A stretch of DNA of 34,170 bases. Source: Bacteroidota bacterium (lineage in GTDB: Bacteria; Bacteroidota; Bacteroidia; Chitinophagales; UBA2359). The translations under genes were made by a program, and so were the position numbers. Location: NCBI GenBank assembly GCA_020631155.1, contig JAHDHV010000016.1, positions 1-34,170 of the forward strand. The letters run 5' to 3'. Of the stretch, positions 1 through 8,892 are shown one piece after another. The notes under the pieces are model-generated. The model was given only the letters and a program-made list of their open reading frames with translations, was not told the origin of the DNA and searched no databases. Position 1 is the stretch's first letter. Every line of letters starts with the position of its first letter.

Positions 1-33
1 ATCACTAATCTACTAATCACGAATCCACGAACT
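1..33. repeat. GATTCGT-type short repeats (ATCACTAATCTACTAATCACGAATCCACGAA); reverse complement shares ~19 nt (GTGGATTCGTGATTAGTAG) with 1925-1945
   Basis: Direct reading; inverted relationship to repeat block at 1899-1960. Confidence 0.5.
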
Positions 34-191
34 GTCAAAGTAAACACAAACTGTTTGGTAAAAAAACACGCTATTTGAAACATACCCTTTTGGGGCATTG
101 TCATAAAGATGGATTTAGAACTATATGTGAACATTAGGAACTTTTTTTAAGAAAAGAAGTGTTATACATTATACCATTCAAAAAATAAGTG

Positions 192-199
192 TATATTTG
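192..199 (+). promoter_or_regulatory. Bacteroidota-type -7 promoter box TATATTTG (TAnnTTTG) ~28 nt upstream of tRNA
   Basis: Exact match to TAnnTTTG consensus; position relative to tRNA 5' end. Confidence 0.35.
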
Positions 200-226
200 C
201 AATCGCTTTTCTAAAAGCTCTAAAAT

Positions 227-300
227 GGCGAGGTAGCTCAGCTGGTTAGAGCGCAGGATTCATAATCCTGAGGTCGCGAGTTCAAGCCTCGCCCTCGCTA
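227..300 (+). tRNA. tRNA-Met (anticodon CAT; could alternatively be tRNA-Ile2 lysidine type)
   Basis: Cloverleaf: acceptor GGCGAGG/CCTCGCT, D-arm GCTCAGCTGGTTAGAGC, anticodon stem CAGGA/TCCTG with loop TTCATAA, T-arm GCGAG-TTCAAGC-CTCGC; no encoded CCA. Confidence 0.8.
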
Positions 301-305
301 CAAAG

Positions 306-343
306 AAAGCCCTACAGTATTATTCTTGTAGGGCTTTTTTTAT
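306..343 (+). terminator. Rho-independent terminator after tRNA (AAAGCCCTACAG-loop-TGTAGGGCTTT then T-run)
   Basis: 11-bp perfect stem followed by TTTTTTTAT. Confidence 0.6.
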
Positions 344-362
344 GAGAAAAGGTAAAATCTTT

Positions 363-386
363 AAAACCTTCTAACCTTCCAAACTC
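363..386 (+). promoter_or_regulatory. Copy a of conserved upstream motif AAAACCTTCTAACCTTCCAAACTC
   Basis: Near-identical motif also at 11537-11574 (+) and 15677-15709 (on - strand), each upstream of a gene start. Confidence 0.3.
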
Positions 387-449
387 TTGTGTGCTGTTCC
401 ATGTACAATGTATTGTTTATCTCATATCTTCCAGCTAAACCAAAAACTT

Positions 450-1898
450 ATGTATTATTCAATACGCGTATTTTTAGTAGTCTATTTATGGTTAAATCTT
501 CTTTGTATCAACAACATTTGTGCTCAACAATCAAATAAATGGGAAGCAGATTTCGATTATTTGATAGAAGAACTGCGCTTACAACATAAAGGATTATATC
601 AATACAAAACTAAGCAAGTAGTTGATAGTCAATTGGATAGCCTGCGTAAGTTGCTAAAAAAGCCAATGAATAAAATTGAGTTTTTCAAAATAGTCTATGC
701 GACAATTGCCTTAACAAATGAAGGGCATACCTATGCTTATTTACCTAAATGGGCAATGGTAAAAGTGGGTTTGTCGAAATCTTTTTTACCTTTAGCCGTA
801 AAATTTTGCAATAAAAAATTACTCATTCATCAGTATTATGGAAAAGAGCATCCAAAACTAAAACGAGGCCTGCAAATTCTATCCATTAATGGAAAAACAG
901 TAGAACAAATCACCAAAGATTTATTTTCCTATATGCCTTCTGATGGCTTCAATGAAACCTTTAAATACGAATCATTGGGTTTAGGAGTCAATTTATCCCT
1001 ATTATACCGTTTGATATATGGTAAGGCAAAACGATTTGAGCTAGTCGTACAAGAATTTGAAAAAGATGCACCCCTTTCATTAACTTTGAAAGGAGTGCGA
1101 TTTACTAAATTTAGAAAACAAAAAAATATTCAACTGAAAAGCAAGAAATTTAACTTTCAACAATTTCAATATACACTTCTTAATGATTCAATCGGATATT
1201 TAAGCGTGCCCAGTTTTGGCAATATCGACAGCGATAAAGGCAGTTTTTCACAATTTTATGCAGAGAGCTTTCGCAAAATAGATTCCGCAAAGGTTAAACA
1301 TTTAATCCTTGATTTACAAGCAAATCGAGGCGGAACGGAAGGAAATGAGAATTTGTTATATAGCTATTTGAGTAAGGATGTTTTTCAGAAATACGCTTTT
1401 GTGTCTATGCCGTTGAAGCCCTATAAACAAAGAAAAACCAGAAAATCATATATAGAAGATGGATGGCAAATAAAAAATGAACGAGCAGAACGAGGGGAAC
1501 ATACTTTGAGGAGTGATTACTACTCAGATTTAGGGTATCGTCCAGTAGATAAAAAAATGATTTACGATAATAAATTATATATTTTGACCAGTGGTACTAC
1601 TTTTTCTGGAGGAGCAGAATTTTCTAGTATGGTAAAAATGAATCAAAGAGGGGTTTTTATTGGTGAAGAAACGGGGGGCGTATATGAAGGCAACATCAGT
1701 GGACATGCTGCTACGATACAATTGCCCAATAGCAAAATAACTGTTGATATTCCCATTATGCACTTTCGCATCAATGTAGAGCCTGAAAAAAAGGGGAGGG
1801 GCGTAATGCCTGAACATACAGTGCCGCAGACATGGGAAGCGTATCTGCAAGGAAAAAATGCCAAATTAGATTATGTATTAGAGAGGTTGGTTCGTTGA
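450..1898 (+). CDS. S41-family (C-terminal processing/tail-specific-like) peptidase, secreted. The ORF track starts at a TTG at 387; ATG at 450 begins signal peptide MYYSIRVFLVVYLWLNLL
   Basis: Motifs LILDLQANRGG and ILTSGTTFSGGAEF typical of S41 peptidases; PDZ-like segment LQILSINGKTVEQI; N-terminal signal peptide. Confidence 0.75.
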   Translation: MYYSIRVFLVVYLWLNLLCINNICAQQSNKWEADFDYLIEELRLQHKGLYQYKTKQVVDSQLDSLRKLLKKPMNKIEFFKIVYATIALTNEGHTYAYLPKWAMVKVGLSKSFLPLAVKFCNKKLLIHQYYGKEHPKLKRGLQILSINGKTVEQITKDLFSYMPSDGFNETFKYESLGLGVNLSLLYRLIYGKAKRFELVVQEFEKDAPLSLTLKGVRFTKFRKQKNIQLKSKKFNFQQFQYTLLNDSIGYLSVPSFGNIDSDKGSFSQFYAESFRKIDSAKVKHLILDLQANRGGTEGNENLLYSYLSKDVFQKYAFVSMPLKPYKQRKTRKSYIEDGWQIKNERAERGEHTLRSDYYSDLGYRPVDKKMIYDNKLYILTSGTTFSGGAEFSSMVKMNQRGVFIGEETGGVYEGNISGHAATIQLPNSKITVDIPIMHFRINVEPEKKGRGVMPEHTVPQTWEAYLQGKNAKLDYVLERLVR

Positions 1899-1965
1899 TT
1901 CGTTGATTCGTGATTTGTGATTTGTGGATTCGTGATTAGTAGCTCAGTGATTCGTTTTTGAGGTT
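1899..1965. repeat. Imperfect tandem repeats of GATTCGT/GATTTGT units (TTCGTTGATTCGTTGATTCGTGATTTGTGATTTGTGGATTCGTGATTAG...)
   Basis: Direct reading. Confidence 0.6.
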
Positions 1966-2110
1966 TTTAGTTTCTTTTTTATCTGACCACATACATGTAG
2001 CCAGATTAGTCCTCTTGAGCTTTGTAAGTAGCTGACAGTCAATTTTTTGTATGTAAATAATTTAAGTAATGAAACTCCAGTTTCTGATCTCTAATTGTTA
2101 ATTTCTAAAA

Positions 2111-2414
2111 GCTAAATATCCAAAAGGCTAAATATCCAAAAGTCCAAATATCCAAAAGTCCAAATATCCAAAAGGCTAAATATCCAAAAGGCTAAATATC
2201 TAAAAGGCTAAATATCCAAAAGGCTAAATATCTAAAAGTCCAAATAGCCAAAAGGCTAAATATCTAAAAGTCCAAATAGCCAAAAGTCCAAATATCCAAA
2301 AGGCTAAATATCCAAAAGGCTAAATATCTAAAAGTCCAAATATCCAAAAGTCCAAATATCCAAAAGGCTAAATATCTAAAAGTCCAAATATCCAAAAGTC
2401 TAAATAGCAATATT
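2111..2414. repeat. Tandem array of ~18.5 copies of a 16-bp unit (two alternating variants GCTAAATATCCAAAAG / TCCAAATATCCAAAAG, point variants ATATCT, ATAGCC), preceded by a leader TTTCTGATCTCTAATTGTTAATTTCTAAAAG
   Basis: Counted units 2111-2398 plus a degenerate last unit; no unique spacers, so not CRISPR. Confidence 0.9.
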
Positions 2415-2434
2415 GTCTCTACTAAAACAATGGA

Positions 2435-2908
2435 TCATTTTTTCTCTTTCACTACCAAGTAATAAAAATTAACGCCGACATTTTCCATAATTTGTTTTAA
2501 CTCTTTCACAATAGGAGCTTTTTGTATTACATTATCACCAATAACAAGCAATACCAATTTGTTTTTATAAACCTTATGATTGAGGTATACGGCACGTCCT
2601 ATAAGGTTGATAAGTTTACTTTTGGTCAAGCCGCGCGCTAGTTGACAAATGATTCCGACTTCCTCAGCAATATCAATACTGATTTTCAAAGCTAGTTCTT
2701 CATCTACTTTATGTTTGCTTTTTACGTCTTCAAAACAAGTTTTTAAAGCAGCAGTAATAATTTTTTCAACCTTGCTAATACTATTCAAATCGCTATGTGT
2801 AATTTTAGCTTCTTCAATACAATACACCACATCCCCCACTGAAACTTCTGTGCCTAGAATGATTTTCAGTCCCTTCTCTAACCGATTAAAAAAATTTTTC
2901 TTACTCAT
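2435..2908 (-). CDS. Hypothetical protein (157 aa), no recognisable motif
   Basis: Clean ORF with plausible start MSKKNFF; no signal peptide; family not recognisable by eye. Confidence 0.45.
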   Translation of the reverse strand: MSKKNFFNRLEKGLKIILGTEVSVGDVVYCIEEAKITHSDLNSISKVEKIITAALKTCFEDVKSKHKVDEELALKISIDIAEEVGIICQLARGLTKSKLINLIGRAVYLNHKVYKNKLVLLVIGDNVIQKAPIVKELKQIMENVGVNFYYLVVKEKK

Positions 2909-3178
2909 GTAGGTATGATATTTGAAGTGTAATGAACTGTTTAAACTTTTATAAAGTATTGAAAAGTATTTTCTCCCCTTTTTTGACTATTTCAAGCTTT
3001 ATGTCTTATTGCTTTTGTGTATTTCTTGTCAAAAATAGCAATAAATTTCGCTTTTTGATACTATCAACCAGACAACTTTTGCTTTTTTATTGCTTCTATT
3101 TTTTTCTTGTCCTATAGCTACTTTTTGTACAACATTTTTAAAGGTGATTTAGTGCCATCATTTGTTAAGTAATACAGA

Positions 3179-3343
3179 AATAATGAGTTGTGAATCATAA
3201 ACCTAAAACTGTTTTAGACTATATGAAGCGAAAAACTTAAACATTGGTAGAAACATATTTCTACTACGGTAAGGTTTTTCAAGGAAATATAAAGCAAAAT
3301 AATAAAGCAAATTGCTTCAACTGATTATTGTAGAATTACTAAG
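3179..3343. repeat. Copy 1 of a ~150-165-bp dispersed element (termini AATAATGAGTTG ... CAACTGATTATTGTAGAATTACTAAG), homologous to 19601-19753
   Basis: Co-linear blocks align between the two copies (AATAAT.A.TTG..A.CATAAA; AAG(G)CGAAAAAC; TACGGyrAGGyTTTTCAAsG; AAGCAAAATAAyAAAGC; CAAyTGATTATTGTAGrATkACTAA). Confidence 0.5.
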
Positions 3344-3636
3344 AATAAAATTGTGTGTAGGTGAATAGTGCTTGACTATTTATCGCATAACAAAGTGCAC
3401 TAATAAACTGATTACAAAAAAATTACAAATAAATTTGATTTACCCTATATGTCATTAGATTTGATTTAAATTCATCGAAAAGATAAGGTTTTTAAAACAT
3501 AAAAATAATTTACTAATCAAAAAATGTTTCTTAACAGGTAGTTAAATTGTCCAAAACTTGCTATTTTTGGTTTTCTTACCTATCTTAAAGCTTTGAAAAC
3601 GATTATCTTTTACTAAATTGTATAACTATTGATTAA

Positions 3637-4194
3637 ATGCTTTACAAATTAACACTCAAAAACACCGATAAAAAGCTCATTGTCTCAGACAAGGTCTATG
3701 AAGCTTTAGCACGAAATGAATATTTTCAAAGTATTCAATTACTCAAGAATTTGCGGATTCACTCCTATGGTTATGCCTTCTTCCAGAAAAATTTTGCCAA
3801 GCCCGAAGGCGGCTATAAAAACATAACGATTTATATACATCGTTATGTGGCAGAAAACTTTGTAGAAAAACCGCAAAGCAATAAACGACTCCTCGTTAGT
3901 TTTCGTAACGGCAACCGCCTAGACTGTAGAGAAGAAAACATCATCTGGGTCACCGCCTCGCAATTGGTTCGCAATACCGAAGGCATCATCAGCAACAGCA
4001 CCGGCTATCGCGGCGTTACAAAGGTAAATAATAAATACCGAGCAGCCATTTTTAGGGGCAAAACTCGCTACGATCTTGGTGATTTTACCAGCCCCGAAGA
4101 AGCTGCACGAGCCTATAACCGCAAGTCTATCGAATGGTTTGGCGTGACTAAAAGCTTAAACAAAATTCCGGGCGAGGACATCCAAGTTCGTTGA
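3637..4194 (+). CDS. HNH endonuclease (HNH_3-like) fused to an AP2/ERF-type DNA-binding domain; homing-endonuclease-like
   Basis: HNH_3-like segment IHRYVAENF...FRNGNRLDCREENIIWV; AP2 signature YRGVTKVNNKYRAAIFRGKTRYDLGDFTSPEEAARAYNRKSIEWFG; local GC clearly above window average. Confidence 0.75.
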   Translation: MLYKLTLKNTDKKLIVSDKVYEALARNEYFQSIQLLKNLRIHSYGYAFFQKNFAKPEGGYKNITIYIHRYVAENFVEKPQSNKRLLVSFRNGNRLDCREENIIWVTASQLVRNTEGIISNSTGYRGVTKVNNKYRAAIFRGKTRYDLGDFTSPEEAARAYNRKSIEWFGVTKSLNKIPGEDIQVR

Positions 4195-4392
4195 TCTACA
4201 TAGGAACCCATTCGTTAACTACCGAACATTACTAATTACTCAACTCATTTTCTTTCATCATTAGCCAATATCTAAAAAGCGTTTATCAGTAAATACCAAA
4301 CGAGTGGGTTCTCTTACAATTTCTCCATAGACAAAAATTTGTCATTAAAAATAGCTCCTTTCTATCAACTTATTCAAAACTTATGCTGAAAT

Positions 4393-5625
4393 TTGCTGTC
4401 CATTAACTTTATTTCAGCTATTTTGAATTTACTTTTCATACAAATATTATTTTGCTTATCCATTTTAGCCGTATTTCACTCTTATGTGTTATACCCTTTT
4501 TTATTAAAATGGATGACACGCTCCCAAAAAAATAATCAACAAACCTTTAAAATAGCTGAAACAGCCAAGCTTCCCCATTTATTTATCTTAATGGCAGTGT
4601 ATAATGAAGAAAAAGTGATTGAAACAAAGCTTAAAAGTATTTATAACACTATATACCCAAAAGATAAATTAACCTTACTCATTGGTTCAGACAGCTCTAC
4701 AGATGCAACAAATAATATTGTAGAACGCTATGCTCAACAATATGATAGGCTTCATTTTCAAATTTTTGCAGCGCGAAGTGGCAAAATTCACATCCTAAAT
4801 CAATTATTTTCCCAATATCAACAAATGATTTTAGAAAAAGACAAAGCAGTGTTGATTTTAACAGATGCAAATGTCTTTTTTACAGAAGAGTTGTTGTATC
4901 AATTGGCTAAACATTATAAAAATCCTGAAATTGGAGTGGTAGGGGCAAATGTATTGAATATTGGTGTGCAAAATTCGGGCATTTCTTTTCAGGAAAAATG
5001 GTATATTCAGCGTGAAAATAAAATTAAATACTACGAAGGTTTATTAGGCGGGCATATGATGGGGGCTTTTGGGGCCTGTTATGCCTTGCGCGCTGATTTG
5101 TTTACCCCCGTTCCGAGCAACTTTATTGTAGATGATTTTTATTTAACTTTAAAAGCCATCGAAAAAAATACAAAGGCAATTAAAGAACTACAGGCCATTT
5201 GCTATGAAGATGTTTCGGACAATATGTTTGAAGAATTTAGGCGAAAAAAGCGTATTTCGGCAGGTAATTTTCAGAACCTTCGCACCTTCGCCCATCTACT
5301 TAATCCCCTAAAAGGTACAATTGCCTTCACCTTTCTATCGCATAAAGTATTGCGATGGCTAGGCCCTTTTTTCTTACTCACCGCCTTTGTTTGCTGTTGC
5401 TTATTAAGACAAGCAAACTATCTTTATGCTGTTTTGTTCTTTGTACAAATAGCATTACTATTCGTGCCATTGGCTGATTATTTACTGAAAAAATGGAATA
5501 TACACATTAAACTATTTCGTTTTATTAGTTATTTCGGGCTAATGAATATCGCACTATTAATTGGTTTTTTTAATTATCTAAAAGGAATAAAAAGCAATGT
5601 TTGGAAACCCACAAAACGGAATTGA
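4393..5625 (+). CDS. Family 2 glycosyltransferase, membrane-anchored (N-terminal TM, C-terminal TM bundle)
   Basis: GT2 hallmarks [29 protein letters not shown]; hydrophobic N- and C-terminal segments. Confidence 0.7.
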   Translation: MLSINFISAILNLLFIQILFCLSILAVFHSYVLYPFLLKWMTRSQKNNQQTFKIAETAKLPHLFILMAVYNEEKVIETKLKSIYNTIYPKDKLTLLIGSDSSTDATNNIVERYAQQYDRLHFQIFAARSGKIHILNQLFSQYQQMILEKDKAVLILTDANVFFTEELLYQLAKHYKNPEIGVVGANVLNIGVQNSGISFQEKWYIQRENKIKYYEGLLGGHMMGAFGACYALRADLFTPVPSNFIVDDFYLTLKAIEKNTKAIKELQAICYEDVSDNMFEEFRRKKRISAGNFQNLRTFAHLLNPLKGTIAFTFLSHKVLRWLGPFFLLTAFVCCCLLRQANYLYAVLFFVQIALLFVPLADYLLKKWNIHIKLFRFISYFGLMNIALLIGFFNYLKGIKSNVWKPTKRN

Positions 5626-6856
5626 ACGTTCATCTAAGGCTGCTCAAAGTCAGCTAAACAGCATTGAGGAAGCTATTGCCGACATCAAGGCAGGCAAGTT
5701 GATCATTGTCGTAGATGATGAAGACCGAGAAAACGAAGGCGATTTTATTACTGCCGCTCGCAATGTAACACCCGAAATCATCAACTTTATGGCAACACAT
5801 GGTCGCGGTCTCATCTGTGCGCCGCTCATTGAGTCGGAATGTGATCGCTTAGGTTTAGAGTTGATGGTTAGCAGCAATACCGCCCTTCACGAAACGCAAT
5901 TTACTGTATCCATTGACCTCTTAGGACACGGCTGTACAACAGGTATTTCGGCTGCCGATAGATCGAAAACGGTTCAAGCTATGATTGACCCGAATATTCA
6001 TGCAGAGGATTTTGGCAAGCCCGGACATATTTTTCCGTTAAGAGCCAAAAGCGGCGGCGTATTGCGGCGTGCAGGACATACCGAAGCAACTATTGATTTG
6101 GCTCAATTAGCAGGTTTTGAACCCGCAGGTGTGTTGGTAGAAATTATGAATGAAGATGGAACAATGGCGCGCTTGCCTGATTTATTGAAAATTGCGAAAA
6201 AATTTGATTTAAAAATCATTTCTATTCAAGACCTTATCACTTATCGCTTATCTAAAGAAAGATTGATTAAACGGGAAGTATCCATTAATTTACCTACCAA
6301 ATACGGTGATTTTGACTTGATTGCCTACACTGAAATTCACACAGGCGAGGTACATTTGGCATTGGTCAAGGGGACATGGGGCTTAGATGAACCTGTCTTA
6401 TTGCGCGTTCACTCCTCTTGCGTTACAGGCGACATATTGGGGTCGCTCCGTTGCGATTGCGGCGATCAGTTGTCTACAGCGATGCAGCAAGTACAACAGG
6501 AAGGGCAAGGCGTTGTTTTGTATATGAATCAAGAAGGGCGCGGTATCGGTTTGCTCAACAAATTGAAAGCCTACAAACTACAGGAAGAAGGGCGCGACAC
6601 AGTGGAAGCTAACCTAGAACTCGGTTTCCAAAAAGACCAGCGCGACTACGGCATCGGCGCACAGATTCTACGTGATCTCAATATTCGCAAAATCCGCTTA
6701 ATGACCAATAACCCTAAAAAGCGAATTGGTTTGATTGGCTATGGCTTGGAAATCGTGGAGAATCTGCCGATTGAAATTCAGCCAAATGATCACAATGAAA
6801 AGTATTTGCAAACCAAGCGCGATAAGCTAGGCCATGAGATTTTGAAAGACGCTTGA
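5597..6856 (+). CDS. ribBA: Bifunctional 3,4-dihydroxy-2-butanone-4-phosphate synthase / GTP cyclohydrolase II
   Basis: RibB motif [21 protein letters not shown]; RibA zinc site [21 protein letters not shown] and [12 protein letters not shown]; overlaps upstream gene by 29 nt. Confidence 0.9.
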   Translation: MFGNPQNGIERSSKAAQSQLNSIEEAIADIKAGKLIIVVDDEDRENEGDFITAARNVTPEIINFMATHGRGLICAPLIESECDRLGLELMVSSNTALHETQFTVSIDLLGHGCTTGISAADRSKTVQAMIDPNIHAEDFGKPGHIFPLRAKSGGVLRRAGHTEATIDLAQLAGFEPAGVLVEIMNEDGTMARLPDLLKIAKKFDLKIISIQDLITYRLSKERLIKREVSINLPTKYGDFDLIAYTEIHTGEVHLALVKGTWGLDEPVLLRVHSSCVTGDILGSLRCDCGDQLSTAMQQVQQEGQGVVLYMNQEGRGIGLLNKLKAYKLQEEGRDTVEANLELGFQKDQRDYGIGAQILRDLNIRKIRLMTNNPKKRIGLIGYGLEIVENLPIEIQPNDHNEKYLQTKRDKLGHEILKDA

Positions 6857-6876
6857 TTTAATTATGAATTTATTTA

Positions 6877-6940
6877 ATTACGAATTACGAATTACGAATT
6901 ACGAATTACGAATTAGAAATTACGAATTAGAAATTACGAA
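6877..6940. repeat. Tandem 9-bp repeat (ATTACGAAT / ATTAGAAAT) x7
   Basis: Direct reading; same unit recurs at 27430-27462. Confidence 0.85.
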
Positions 6941-6995
6941 TTGTTGAATTATTATTTAGTCAACTGACCATTAATAATTCAACAATTCATTTTTT
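6941..6995 (+). terminator. Hairpin TTGTTGAATTATTA-loop17-TAATAATTCAACAA followed by TTCATTTTTT; likely ribBA terminator
   Basis: 14-bp perfect inverted repeat plus T-run. Confidence 0.55.
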
Positions 6996-7034
6996 ATGAG
7001 AAAAAAATATTTTTTATTTTATTTGTTATTAACT

Positions 7035-8165
7035 ATGGAAAAGGCATTTAAAAGTATTCGCATCCAAAATTTTAAGTCTATTAAAGACATAGAACTCAAT
7101 TGCAGCCGCATTAATTTATTTATTGGCAAGCCAAATGTGGGCAAATCCAATATTTTAGAGGCACTGTCTTTATTTGCCGCGCCTTTTAGTCAAGATGAAA
7201 AATATCTATCCGAATTTATTCGCTATCGAAATTTTAGCAATCTTTTTTATGATGATAATATTCGAGAACCCATTTTAATCACTTCTAATCTTGGGAATGG
7301 GCATTTGTTTTATGATAGAGAAAGATGGGCTTTCGGTCTGGTAATGAGTGATAAAAGTGTAAATTCAAATAAGTTGAATGTTTTAAATGTTGATTTAGTA
7401 AGTGACTATCTTGATAGCTTAGTAATTAAAAATACTTTAATCAGTGCTTTTCCTTCAAAAAATAAAGATGCTCATGGTGAGCATATAAGATTTAGTTTTT
7501 TCCAAAGTATTGATAGAGCTGGCTATAGAGGTAGGAGTGATAGAAACTATAAGTTTAAGTTGGAATACACATCAACTCTAAAAAAATACACCTTTAAAGA
7601 AGGAATAAATATCAGTTCACAAGGGGATTACAGCCTTTATCCTCCATTTGGAGATAATTTATTTTTAGTAGTACAAACAAATCCTGAGTTGAGGAGGGAA
7701 ATAGCTGATTTTTTTGAAGAATATAATATGGATTTTATATTAGATATAAAAAATAATGAATTTGAGGTGCAAAAAAAGGTAGATGGCATTGTTTATAAAA
7801 GACCTTACCAACTAATTGCAGATACTTTAAAGCGCATTATTTTTCATTATGCAGCCATTTATTCCAATAAAGATTCGATTTTATTATTTGAAGAACCAGA
7901 AAATCACTCTTTTCCGCCTTATGTGCGAGAGTTAGCCCATAAAATTGTGGATGATGAAAGCAATCAATTTTTTATTACCACACATAGTCCCTATTTATTT
8001 AATACCATTATCGAAAATGCATCAAGAGAAGATGTTTCTGTTTTTATCACTAACTTTGAGCAACATCAAACAAAGGTCAAGCAATTAACAGAGGATGAAA
8101 TTGCCGAACTATCTGATCATGGGGCAGATATTTTTTTCAATTTAAATTGGTTTGAAAATGAGTAA
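7035..8165 (+). CDS. ABC-type (AAA_21/AAA_15-like) ATPase, defense-associated type; module 1 ATPase. The ORF track start 6996 is less likely than MEKAFKSIRIQNFKSI at 7035
   Basis: Walker A IGKPNVGKSNILEAL; Walker B/D-loop ILLFEEPENHSFP; H-loop FITTHSPYLF; N-terminus typical of OLD/AbiL/PARIS-class ATPases. Confidence 0.75.
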   Translation: MEKAFKSIRIQNFKSIKDIELNCSRINLFIGKPNVGKSNILEALSLFAAPFSQDEKYLSEFIRYRNFSNLFYDDNIREPILITSNLGNGHLFYDRERWAFGLVMSDKSVNSNKLNVLNVDLVSDYLDSLVIKNTLISAFPSKNKDAHGEHIRFSFFQSIDRAGYRGRSDRNYKFKLEYTSTLKKYTFKEGINISSQGDYSLYPPFGDNLFLVVQTNPELRREIADFFEEYNMDFILDIKNNEFEVQKKVDGIVYKRPYQLIADTLKRIIFHYAAIYSNKDSILLFEEPENHSFPPYVRELAHKIVDDESNQFFITTHSPYLFNTIIENASREDVSVFITNFEQHQTKVKQLTEDEIAELSDHGADIFFNLNWFENE

Positions 8166-8649
8166 AGAGCGACACCCAAATATTCTTCCTGAATGTTATG
8201 CGGATACTTTGCTAGTGCATTTACTCGGTTTCAAATATCCCAATCATTGCCCTAGTATTGGTGCGGTAGCAAATACGATGAAAAAACAAAGCCTCGCTAT
8301 TGGAGTGATAGATCGAGATAAAAGGCAGCCCAAATATTTTAGTGAGTTTGATTTATTGGAAGAAAAACACGATTTGCAACTCAAAAAGCACCCTAACAAG
8401 CGACATTATTTGATTGTAGTTTCTCCTGCTTTTGAAAAATGGATATTTAAGGCAGCAGATTCTGTTGATGTCAAACCTGAAAAATATGGTTTTAAAACTT
8501 GGAAACGCTTTAAAAATATTTCTAAAAGTAGAACTGTAGATAGAAATCAGGATTTTAAGCAATTCATCAATGCCATCAAGCAAAAAAAATCACCACCTAC
8601 AGAGCAGATGATTGAGTGGATTCAGGATATTTTAGATAAAAACCTTTGA
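8158..8649 (+). CDS. Small (163 aa) partner protein of module 1 ATPase; possible minimal Toprim/RloB-like effector (DxD in LAIGVIDRDKRQ). Start overlaps the ATPase stop (ATGAGTAA); an alternative ATG lies at 8152
   Basis: Translationally coupled overlap with upstream ATPase; basic protein; DxD motif; no confident family assignment. Confidence 0.45.
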   Translation: MSKERHPNILPECYADTLLVHLLGFKYPNHCPSIGAVANTMKKQSLAIGVIDRDKRQPKYFSEFDLLEEKHDLQLKKHPNKRHYLIVVSPAFEKWIFKAADSVDVKPEKYGFKTWKRFKNISKSRTVDRNQDFKQFINAIKQKKSPPTEQMIEWIQDILDKNL

Positions 8650-8799
8650 TGGATTAGCTGTTTGTTTTTAGCGTGAAAAAGCATTTTTTTTACACCAAAA
8701 ACAAGCTTTTTTTCTATTGAAAACTTAGTAAGTACTGCACAATAATTAAACGGGATTCTTTGTTTGATTAAAACAATGAAAGCCAATACTTTAGAACAA

Positions 8800-8813
8800 A
8801 ATTGTGCACAATT
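8800..8813. promoter_or_regulatory. Perfect 14-bp palindrome AATTGTGCACAATT ~80 bp upstream of module 2 ATPase; related half-site CTGCACAATAATT ~60 bp further upstream
   Basis: Self-complementary sequence in the intergenic region between modules. Confidence 0.3.
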
Positions 8814-8892
8814 AATTAGTGCTTGGCACTTATTTCCTATTTTTGTTATTGATTAAGGTAGGGAGCAATTATTTTGTATAAAAAAAAGAAAA

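Noticed and set aside
387-449. ORF-track start of the peptidase at 387
   Set aside because: Codon 387 is TTG and directly overlaps the upstream motif. The ATG at 450 begins a canonical signal peptide, so 450 is the more plausible start.
2111-2414. Possible CRISPR array (regular 16-bp periodicity)
   Set aside because: Units are contiguous with no unique spacers and are only 16 bp; this is a simple tandem repeat, and no cas genes are nearby.
2649-3117. Small + strand ORFs 2649-2912 and 2932-3117
   Set aside because: The first overlaps the better-supported minus-strand CDS 2435-2908. Both translate to low-complexity F/L/S-rich peptides typical of AT-rich non-coding DNA.
5597-5625. FMN riboswitch (RFN element) expected upstream of ribBA
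   Set aside because: ribBA overlaps the preceding GT2 gene, leaving no leader; no RFN-like conserved structure is visible.
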